From: Candidatus Eiseniibacteriota bacterium
GTDB taxonomy: Bacteria; Eisenbacteria; RBG-16-71-46; SZUA-252
Direction: 5' to 3'
Assembly (NCBI GenBank): GCA_005893165.1
Contig: VBOR01000088.1
Coordinates: 1 to 58,123, forward strand
Length of the DNA: 58,123 nt
In this document: positions 50,868 through 58,123 of the stretch, one piece after another
How positions within the stretch are numbered: position 1 is the first letter of the stretch
How the letters are laid out: every line of letters starts with the position of its first letter
Program-made: the position numbers and the translations under genes
Notes under the pieces: model-generated
Database searches by the model: none
The model's input: the letters and a program-made list of their open reading frames with translations, nothing else
Told to the model about the DNA's origin: nothing

Positions 50868-51590
50868 TCAGCTCCACGCCATGATTCCGCAATAGGCGGC
50901 GGCGCCCGCGAGCCCCACGGCGCTGCCGATCGAGCGGCAACCGGGCCAATCCCCCATCGCGGAGCAGCCTGCGTTCACCGCGCCGAGGACCCGGTCCCCC
51001 ACCACGGAGAAGCAAAGCCCGAACTTCGCCCAGTTGAGCCGCTCGGGGGCCTGGTGGCCTGATCCGGACGCCGGCTGGACGTACGTCGACCCGGGCCGGA
51101 TCCACAACCCGTTCGCCGCGCCGTTCACAGGCAGGAATCCCTCTTCTCCCGCCCGCGGTCTCCGCCGGAGCAGGTCGAAGGTCTCCACGCGCGTACGGCC
51201 GTTCAATTCATTCAGAACGAAGTAGCGCGCATGGTCGGGATCGGACCGGAACTGGTACGGGATCATCGTGATCCGGATGCGGTCGCCGCTCTGCGTGGAG
51301 CCCGTGACCCCGACGACTCCGCTCGTGTGCTTCTCGACCTCCGGGTCGGCGGCCTCCAACTGGACCGCTCGAGCCATGAGCGGACTCTTCCCCGCGAGCG
51401 CCGTGAGGCCCCGCAGCTCTTCGGCCGACGTGATCCAATGAGCTTCGCGGATCATGGAGGGATCCGGGCCGGGCCTCGGCGAGGGCCCGGTCGTATGGCG
51501 CCCGGCTTCCCTGGAACATCCGGAGAGCACGAGCCCCAGCGCGGAGACTGCGAAAGCGGAAACAACGAGGCACATCCTGAGACGGTCCAT
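50868..51590 (-). CDS. Hypothetical lipoprotein with a Cys/Gly-rich C-terminus
   Basis: ORF 50868..51698 trimmed to ATG 51590. MDRLRMCLVVSAFAVSALGLVLSGC carries the lipobox. C-terminus: GLCFSVVGDRVLGAVNAGCSAMGDWPGCRSIGSAVGLAGAAAYCGIMAWS. Confidence 0.55.
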   Translation of the reverse strand: MDRLRMCLVVSAFAVSALGLVLSGCSREAGRHTTGPSPRPGPDPSMIREAHWITSAEELRGLTALAGKSPLMARAVQLEAADPEVEKHTSGVVGVTGSTQSGDRIRITMIPYQFRSDPDHARYFVLNELNGRTRVETFDLLRRRPRAGEEGFLPVNGAANGLWIRPGSTYVQPASGSGHQAPERLNWAKFGLCFSVVGDRVLGAVNAGCSAMGDWPGCRSIGSAVGLAGAAAYCGIMAWS

Positions 51591-51782
51591 TTCGGCACCC
51601 CTTTCGATTCGCGCGGCGATGCCGCGCCGTGGGCGCCGAGGAGCGAGGGCGATGTGCTCCTGAGCACGATCCGTTCCAGCACGGAGCGAGCGAGGCAAAC
51701 AAGCGGGTCCGCGGAAACGCGGATGGAATCGAGGGATGGATGGATTGGGCGCGCGTGCGCTCGCGCCTGCCGCGGGGAGAAA

Positions 51783-51802
51783 GGCGTCGGCGCTCCGACG
51801 CT
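51783..51802 (-). terminator. Putative intrinsic terminator after the 931-aa gene
   Basis: On the minus strand, directly after the TAG stop: GCGTCGG-AGCG-CCGACGC followed by CTTTCTCCCC. Confidence 0.4.
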
Positions 51803-51803
51803 G

Positions 51804-54599
51804 CTACATGCCGCCGATACGGAACCGCTGTCCGATGGTGAGCTGCACCGATTCGTCGAGCCGGACGGTCGTGGTCGCGGTCTGCCGCAGACGATCGATT
51901 CTCCCCTCCAGCGCCACCGCGTTCTCCCCCAGACCGGGGACGCGGAGGAACGCGAGCTGGAGATGCCCCGAGTACCGCTCGTCCCGGTAGCCCTGGAGGT
52001 CGTAGGTCCGCGAAGCCCCCGAAACGAACGGCGTGACGAGCACCCGTCCCGGTATCGCTTCCCAGCGCGCTTCGAAGGAGCCCTGGAAGGTCATGTCGGT
52101 CAGGTCGAGCTCGCGCGACCGGTTCTGCTCGACGCCCAGGGTCACGGTGCTCAGCACCCTACCGGGGTGGCGGCGCGTGGAGACCAGGGAGCCCGACACG
52201 ATCCGCCGATTCGTCCCGGTCCGCATCGGGTCCTTGAGGAAGGTGAGGTCGAACCGGGCGGTCGTTCTTCCCCCCAGCGGCTCGGCCGCGGTGTACTCGG
52301 TGGCGATCCGGTCCTCGGTGAGCTCGGTGTTCGCCCCGCGGTGGGTCACGCGCACGAAGGACGGAGTGACCCAGCTGTCCGGATTCATCATGAGCCTCGC
52401 TCCGATCGTTCCCGTCTGCACGCGCACGACCGGGACCAGTCCTTCGCGGGAGGCGGGCTCCTCGGAACGGAAGCTTCCGAAGAGGTTCCATTTCCAGAGG
52501 GCGCGATCCAGTCTGGCGTATCCGCCCCGGCGGTCGGAGAGCGCGTAGGGATTGAGGGCGGTCTCGAGCGAGGGTTGATAGGAAAAAACCTGCGCCTGAG
52601 CCTTGATGCCGGCCTCCACGCCCTGGAGCTCTCCGCGCCACGCGGTCCGGGAGCGTCCCTCCTCGACCCCGGCCGTGGTGCGATGCCGCACCGTGGCGCC
52701 GTCCGCGAGCAGCGTCCAGGCGCCCGGAAGATCGAATCGTCCCGTCGCTCCGTAGGTGACGCTCCGGTGGACCACGCCGCTGTCGCCGGCGCTGAGGGGA
52801 TACGTGGCGGGCCCGCGCTTCTCGTGCGTGTATCCGGCGTAGAGCGTCGTGCGCACCTTCTCGCCCAGCCAGGAGCGCGCGAGTCGCGCCGCATAGAGAT
52901 CCGATCCGGATCCCCGGATGGGGCCCGCGGCCGAAATGGGATGGGACGCGAGCGCCAGGTAGCCTTCGAGCTCGCCGAGCGGCGTGCGGTGCAGCGCGGC
53001 CTGAGCGCTCCTGCGTGGAACGGGGCTCATGAGGAGCGGACTCTCTGTCGCGCCCACGGGGGGCGCGTCGCTCCATTCCAGGGATCCGCGCGGATCGGTG
53101 TAGCGCAGCTTCAGATGCTGGGGCTTCCCGCTGCCGTTCCTCGTCTCGTCGAAGCGAAGTCGCATCGAGACCGACGCCTGGAGCTGGCGCGTCGAGGTCA
53201 CATCATAGACGCCGTCCCAGGATCCCCAGCCCACCGCCGATCCCTGTTCGCCCCGGAATGACGATCGGCCCTCGGCCAGCCACGTCAGCGAGCTCCGGAG
53301 CGGCCGGTATGGGACGACCTCCGGCGTGGATGTGGGCGGCTTCATGAAGGGCGCCTTCAGGGGAGACACCCCATTCGGCGGAGGCGCGCAGACGAAGGAG
53401 ACCGGATTGGCGGAGAAGGGCTGCGGAGCCTCGACCTGGAACTGGAGCCGGTGCTCTCCCAGCCGCCGGGTCGGAAGCGGCCCGCGCATCGCGACCGTCA
53501 CGGGACGGCCTGCCTCCATGTAGCCCTCCTCGATCGAGATCAAATCCCCATCCATGTAGAAGCCGGCGCGGAAGGGGCCCGTGCCGTTCCCCACGACGAC
53601 CGCCCGCGGAACGATCGTGTCTCCGGCGGCGATCACGGCGCCGTGCACCGGCCATTCGAGGACAGCGGAGCGAACGAGGACGTCGGTGGCCATCGCGGGG
53701 AGCACCGTCGCCTGGTGGCAGAGGACACTCGTCGGCTCCACGCGGAAGCACGCGTCCACGACGACCGGAGTGGAGACCTCGTCGGCTCCGGTGAACGTGA
53801 GCCGCACCCCGAGCATTCCTTGCGGAATCGTTCGCGCGACCGATGCCGGGATGAGGACCGGAACCGTGAGGCCCGTGGCGCCGAGCCGGGGCAGGAAGCC
53901 CCCGAACGGCAGCGTGTATTCGTAGAGGGGCGTGACCGAGAGATCGAGAGGCACCGACCCATCGTTCGTGATGAAGGGGGACGGGAGAAGCTGCACGCGC
54001 GCCGACGTGAACGTGACGGCGGTCCCCGCCGTCTCGCGCACGGGGATCGTGGCGGGAAGGGGGACGTCGGGGGTCAGGGAAAGGTTCACGTTCCCCTGGG
54101 CCTGCACTCGCTCCACGACCGCCCGCGAGATCACCCGGAACGTGTAGACCTCGTCGTAGTAGGAGGGATTGTTGTAAACCGCCCCGGTGGTGTCCTGAAG
54201 GGTGTTCAGCTTGAAGGAATAGCTGTGGCCGAACGCCAGCGGCTGGAACGGAGTGATCGTGAGTGTGTCCCCCCGCGGCGACCAGGTGTCGGGCCCCGTG
54301 CCGGTCAGCCCCCCGGTCGACGTATCGGGAGCGATCGAATAGAAGGCCGTCTTTCCCGTCGGCCTGTCGAAGATGAACTTGATCCGGACGTCGGGGAGCA
54401 CGTGCGTCGCGTTGTTCTCCGGGTAGGTACCGAGGACGCGCGGAGCCTGCTGCGCGGAGCAGGGATTCGCGAGCAGAAGAAATGCCGCGAAGATGCCGAA
54501 GAAAGGAGGAAGAGACCCTCGCGATCTCACCCCGCGCGGGCTCGGGCTCCATCCGGAGGGGGAATGGGATTGCGGAGGGCGACAGCGCGACCGTATCAT
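51804..54599 (-). CDS. Large secreted/outer-membrane protein: N-terminal Ig-like (Big_5/SbsA-type) domain plus a probable beta-barrel half
   Basis: 931 aa. Signal peptide FGIFAAFLLLANPCSAQQ. Ig-like segment APRVLGTYPENNATHVLPDVRIKFIFDRP...LTITPFQPLAFGHSYSFKL. The C-terminal half has an alternating strand pattern rich in Arg, Tyr and Gly. Confidence 0.6.
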   Translation of the reverse strand: MIRSRCRPPQSHSPSGWSPSPRGVRSRGSLPPFFGIFAAFLLLANPCSAQQAPRVLGTYPENNATHVLPDVRIKFIFDRPTGKTAFYSIAPDTSTGGLTGTGPDTWSPRGDTLTITPFQPLAFGHSYSFKLNTLQDTTGAVYNNPSYYDEVYTFRVISRAVVERVQAQGNVNLSLTPDVPLPATIPVRETAGTAVTFTSARVQLLPSPFITNDGSVPLDLSVTPLYEYTLPFGGFLPRLGATGLTVPVLIPASVARTIPQGMLGVRLTFTGADEVSTPVVVDACFRVEPTSVLCHQATVLPAMATDVLVRSAVLEWPVHGAVIAAGDTIVPRAVVVGNGTGPFRAGFYMDGDLISIEEGYMEAGRPVTVAMRGPLPTRRLGEHRLQFQVEAPQPFSANPVSFVCAPPPNGVSPLKAPFMKPPTSTPEVVPYRPLRSSLTWLAEGRSSFRGEQGSAVGWGSWDGVYDVTSTRQLQASVSMRLRFDETRNGSGKPQHLKLRYTDPRGSLEWSDAPPVGATESPLLMSPVPRRSAQAALHRTPLGELEGYLALASHPISAAGPIRGSGSDLYAARLARSWLGEKVRTTLYAGYTHEKRGPATYPLSAGDSGVVHRSVTYGATGRFDLPGAWTLLADGATVRHRTTAGVEEGRSRTAWRGELQGVEAGIKAQAQVFSYQPSLETALNPYALSDRRGGYARLDRALWKWNLFGSFRSEEPASREGLVPVVRVQTGTIGARLMMNPDSWVTPSFVRVTHRGANTELTEDRIATEYTAAEPLGGRTTARFDLTFLKDPMRTGTNRRIVSGSLVSTRRHPGRVLSTVTLGVEQNRSRELDLTDMTFQGSFEARWEAIPGRVLVTPFVSGASRTYDLQGYRDERYSGHLQLAFLRVPGLGENAVALEGRIDRLRQTATTTVRLDESVQLTIGQRFRIGGM

Positions 54600-54608
54600 G
54601 AGCGGCCA

Positions 54609-55593
54609 ATGCTAGCAAAATCGCGGGCCTCCGTAACGCCTTCCCGGCGTCCCAAGTCGTTGAACGGCCGCGCTCCGACGCCGGTCGGGGTCCTCGGGGC
54701 CACCGGCACGGTGGGGCAGCGCTTCATCCAGCTGCTCGAGAATCACCCCTGGTTCTACGTGGACGAGGTGATGGCCTCCGACCAGAGCGCCGGGAAACCC
54801 TATGCCGAGGCGGTCGGGGCGCGCTGGAAGCTCACGACGCGGATTCCCGAAGGGGTCGCCCGGCTCAAGGTGCGCGGTCCGGCGGAGAAGCTACGCTCGC
54901 CGGTTCTTTTTTCCGCGCTGGATGCCTCGGTGGCGGGGGAGCTGGAGGAGCAGTACGCGCGCGCGGGGCATCTGGTCTCCTCGAATTCCAGGAACCACCG
55001 GCTCGATCCCCTGGTGCCGCTCGTGATCCCCGAGGTGAACCGTGACCACATCGAGCTCCTGGAGCGGCAGAAATTCTCGAACGGCCCGAACGGCAGGGGC
55101 GGCATCCTCACCAATCCGAATTGCTCCGCCATCGTGCTGGTCATGGCTTTGGCGCCCCTCCATCGCGCCTTCGGCGTGGAATCGGTCATCGTGACCACGT
55201 TTCAGGCCACGAGCGGCGCCGGGTACCCGGGCGTTCCCTCCCTCGATATCCTCGGGAACGTCGTGCCGTACATTCCCGGGGAGGAGCCCAAGATGGAATC
55301 CGAGACCAACAAGATCCTGGGCACCCTCGGCGCGCGTGGCCTTCCGCCCGCTGGATCGCATGGCCCTTCCGTCCGCGCCGGCCGAGCCGATCCACGTGCG
55401 TGAGGAGGACGACCGGCCGCAGCCGCGCCTGGACGTGGACCGCTCCTCGGGCATGGGCGTGACCCTCGGCAGGCTTCGCCCCTGCCCCGTGCTCGACTGG
55501 AAGTTCGATGCGCTCGGACACAACACCATCCGCGGCGCCGCGGGAGCCGCGATCCTGAACGCCGAGCTCCTCGCGCATGCCGGCCGGATCTAG
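54609..55593 (+). pseudogene. asd: Aspartate-semialdehyde dehydrogenase, interrupted by an internal deletion plus frame change at about 55329-55340
   Basis: N-terminal frame: VGVLGATGTVGQRF...NPNCSAIVLVMALAPL...[12 protein letters not shown]...[17 protein letters not shown]. The C-terminus is in another frame (ORF 55336..55593): [33 protein letters not shown]...[19 protein letters not shown]. The true start is probably TTG 54660 rather than ATG 54609, which lies only 9 nt from a divergent gene. Confidence 0.85.
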
Positions 55594-56191
55594 CTTGGCC
55601 CCGGCGACGGCGACGCGCGATTTCATCTTCGTGCGTCACGGCGAGACGGATTGGAATCGCGAAAAACGAATCCAGGGCTCGAAGGGCGCACCGATGAATC
55701 CCGCGGGGCACGAGCAGTCGAAGGGCCTCGCGCGCTCCCTCTGGGAGGTGCCGATCCAGGCGGTCTATTCGAGCGCGATGCCGCGGGCGGTCGAGACCGC
55801 GTCCTACGTGGCGGGCCCGCACCGCGTGAACGTGGCGATCGACCCGAGACTCAACGAGATCCATCACGGAGAATGGGAAGGGCTCGCCGAATCGGACCTG
55901 CCCGATCTGGCGCTCTATCGGAAATGGCGCGAGGACCCGACCGCGGTGACGCTTCCCGGCGCGGAGCCGCTCGCCGCCGTGCACGAGCGCGCGCTCGCGG
56001 CGATGCGCGACATCGCCGCGAAGCATCCCGCATCGGAGGGACTGGTCGCGGTCGTGTCGCATCAGATCGTGCTGGCGCTGCTCAAGTGCCATGTTCTCGA
56101 TCGTCCCTGGAGCCAGATCCGCCGTCTTGCGCTCGGGGTCGCTTCGTACGAAGTTCTGACCACAGGCGAGGGATTTGCGCCCCGGCCGTAG
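55577..56191 (+). CDS. Histidine phosphatase (phosphoglycerate mutase-like) family protein
   Basis: [12 protein letters not shown] is the RHG catalytic motif, followed by [11 protein letters not shown] 55595 is an alternative start. Confidence 0.8.
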   Translation: MPAGSSLAPATATRDFIFVRHGETDWNREKRIQGSKGAPMNPAGHEQSKGLARSLWEVPIQAVYSSAMPRAVETASYVAGPHRVNVAIDPRLNEIHHGEWEGLAESDLPDLALYRKWREDPTAVTLPGAEPLAAVHERALAAMRDIAAKHPASEGLVAVVSHQIVLALLKCHVLDRPWSQIRRLALGVASYEVLTTGEGFAPRP

Positions 56192-56264
56192 GGGCCCCGC
56201 CGTCGCATCGTCGGGCCCGCGCCAAGCGGAACCTGCCGGCTCACCTTGGGGTAGAGGAACGCTA

Positions 56265-57335
56265 ATGGGAATGCGCCTTTTCGGGGAACATCCGTGGCTG
56301 ATTCCGGCCGCCATCTTCCTCGGGTTCGGGGTCTTGTCCTCCTCGGACGCCGCGGCCACGACGTTCAAGGAGGTCGCGGCGGACACGAGCCGCGAGACCG
56401 ATCCCGCGCCTTCTCCGGATGGAAAGTGGATCGCGTTCACCTCCGATCGCGGAGGGCACGGCTCGAGCCAGATCTACATCATGCCCGCCGAAGGGGGGGA
56501 GCCGCGCCAGCTCACGGACGAGCCGGACAGCGTGCGCGCGGGGACTCCGAGCTGGGCGCCCGACGGGAAATCGATCCTCTTCGTCTCCACGCGCGGGAAG
56601 CGGTACAACGTGTACTCGATTCCCCTCGAGGGAGGGGAGGCGAAGCAGCTCACGCACGCGCCGGGCAGCCACCGCTTCGGCACCTACTCGGCCGACGGAA
56701 AGAGGATCGCGTTCTATTCGAACCGCGTTCGCCCCGGGGAGCTCTACGGATTCAACATCTTCGTGATGGGCGCCGAGGGCGAGACCGAGGACGACCTGGC
56801 CCAGCAGGTGACCGACAGCAAGGGGAGCCCCGGCCATCCCACCTGGTCTCCGGACGGAACGTGGATCGCCTTCGTCGCGAAGGAATACGATTCGACCCGC
56901 CAGCAGACCATGGAAGGGAACATCCTCTTCACCAAGTACCAGCTCTACAAGGTGCCCTCGCGGGGCGGGAAGGAGATCCGCCTCACGAAGGGACTCATCA
57001 ACGGCCAGCCGTTCGAGGACACCTGGCCCTCGTGGTCACCGGACGGAAAATGGATCGCGTTCGGACGCCAGCTGGGGCCGAAGCGCGACGTGTGGATCAT
57101 GGAGGTGTCGTCGGGAAAGACGTTCCCGCTCACGACGACGGGCAATTGCATCAAGCCGACCTGGGCGTGGGACTCGAAATCCATCTACTACTCCCTGGTG
57201 AACGAGAAGAACGAAGACATCTGGGTCGCCAACGATCTGACCCTGAAGCCTCCGGCCACCGATCCCACGCGACCGAGGAGGTCGCGAGCGGGGTCGCCGG
57301 TCCGAAAATCCGCGGCGCGTAGAACGCAGAGATAG
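56265..57335 (+). CDS. TolB-like PD40/WD40 beta-propeller protein (secreted)
   Basis: ORF 56175..57335 trimmed to ATG 56265, with GAGGAA upstream. Repeated blades: SPDGKWIAF, APDGKSILF, SADGKRIAF, SPDGTWIAF, SPDGKWIAF. Confidence 0.8.
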   Translation: MGMRLFGEHPWLIPAAIFLGFGVLSSSDAAATTFKEVAADTSRETDPAPSPDGKWIAFTSDRGGHGSSQIYIMPAEGGEPRQLTDEPDSVRAGTPSWAPDGKSILFVSTRGKRYNVYSIPLEGGEAKQLTHAPGSHRFGTYSADGKRIAFYSNRVRPGELYGFNIFVMGAEGETEDDLAQQVTDSKGSPGHPTWSPDGTWIAFVAKEYDSTRQQTMEGNILFTKYQLYKVPSRGGKEIRLTKGLINGQPFEDTWPSWSPDGKWIAFGRQLGPKRDVWIMEVSSGKTFPLTTTGNCIKPTWAWDSKSIYYSLVNEKNEDIWVANDLTLKPPATDPTRPRRSRAGSPVRKSAARRTQR

Positions 57336-57344
57336 GAGGGCGCC

Positions 57345-58123
57345 ACGACTCGCGTCAGAGCCGCGCTCCTGGGTTCGGTCCTGTTCGCGGTGGTTGCCGC
57401 GGCGGCGCCGACCACTCCATCCAAGCCCGGGGTCGTTCCACAGATCGTCTTCGACGGGCTGGGGCCGCTCGCGTGGAACGCCACCGTGAGTCGGAACAAA
57501 TCCACCGGCGTCGGGCTGCCCGGCTGGGCGGCGCTACGCGTGCTCGGTCCGCTCGGGGCGGAATCTCTCTTCGTGTTCCCCGCGCGTTCCCCAGCCTATC
57601 TCGTCGCTTCGTGGCCGCGTCAGGATCTCGGGTCCCACACGGTGCACATCTTCCCCGGATTTCGATGGATCGTGGTCGAGACACCGGCCGAGTCCGCGGC
57701 GGTCACCACGGCCGCGCTCATCAAGGATCCTGGCGCCAGGGCACAGCGCCGCTCCGTCTTCTACGGCCCGGACGGGGAAGTGGACTGGGAATCGAAGGAC
57801 CTCCTCTCTCCCGCGCCGATCGGAAGAGACTTGGTGCTCGCCCGCCGCGCCGCGGACTCCACGCCGCGCCTGAGCGTGCTGCAGCTCCCGAGCGGGAAGC
57901 AGGTCGCGACCTGGCCCGGCGCGATGGGATGGGGAGCGTCCTCGCCCCTGGGCAATTTCCTCGCGGTGAACTCGATCGGAAACTTCGATTCCACGCAGGG
58001 TCTCCGGCAGGACGAGCTGCGCTTGATCGACCTCGAGGGAACGATCGTGTGGGCCCGGACGCTGACGGCGGATCCGCGCGAGTTCGCGGTGAGCAACTTC
58101 GGGGACGTGGCGATCGCTCGCGA
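57345..58123 (+). CDS. Hypothetical secreted protein; 3' end runs off the window and the start codon is non-canonical or unresolved
   Basis: Absent from the ORF track. The frame is open from 57336 to the window end and has strongly G/C-biased third positions. Translation: (EGA)TTRVRAALLGSVLFAVVAAAAPTTPSKPGVVPQIVFDG...LRLIDLEGTIVWARTL. AGGAGG at 57334-57339 precedes ACG 57345. The first canonical start lies inside the signal-peptide-like helix. Confidence 0.55.

Noticed and set aside
30304-57335. Considered TAG read-through or reassignment to explain the in-frame continuation after the gyrA and TolB-like stops.
   Set aside because: TAG clearly terminates many well-delimited genes in the window (the MoxR gene, rsmG, lon, the carboxypeptidase, the PDZ protein, small ORF B). 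GyrA-Rex and TolB-like-secreted-protein fusions make no structural sense. Each downstream gene has its own SD.

Overview
G+C-rich bacterial chromosomal window centred on the replication origin. Functional calls come from motif recognition in the supplied translations and my own hand translation. No searches were run, and start codons were hand-trimmed.

Gene content:
- Left arm, minus strand: pdxA, a SurA-like PPIase, a second parvulin-like PPIase, mfd, a BatA-like/DUF58/MoxR module, parB, parA, two parS sites, rsmG, mnmG, mnmE, jag, yidC, yidD, rnpA, rpmH.
- Diverging on the plus strand: dnaA, oriC (DnaA boxes plus an A+T-rich unwinding region), dnaN, recF, DUF721 (DciA-like), gyrB, gyrA, rex, an EamA transporter.
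- Right half, envelope and proteostasis housekeeping: lipoprotein, class-III aminotransferase, M23 peptidase, D-Ala-D-Ala carboxypeptidase, PDZ protein, beta-helix protein, M16 peptidase pair, RlmD-like methyltransferase, a porin-like/cupredoxin/histidine-kinase operon, lon, three envelope proteins, asd, a histidine phosphatase, a TolB-like propeller.
- I recognised no rRNA, tRNA, CRISPR array, transposase, integrase or phage gene. I see no classic accessory or defence island.

Signals the ORF track does not explain:
1. Two tandem 26-codon ORFs under visible purifying selection sit just upstream of lon. Each encodes a hydrophobic helix followed by PPPPGKAGW and a stop.
2. A non-coding G+C-rich island of about 420 nt between rsmG and parA is bracketed by 38-nt inverted repeats whose outer ends are parS sites.
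3. Four otherwise intact housekeeping genes (parB, gyrA, an rlmD-like gene, asd) each show a clean internal deletion plus a frame change. This pattern looks like assembly or scaffold-gap loss rather than decay.
4. Two genes (rex and the last ORF) begin directly in frame after the upstream TAG stop. Each has a strong Shine-Dalgarno sequence but only a non-canonical start codon (CTG, ACG).
5. The origin has a bipartite DnaA-box layout, plus a 14-bp perfect hairpin whose arm sequence recurs upstream of lon.

Many long ORFs in the track are antisense or out-of-frame shadows typical of high-G+C DNA and were discarded.
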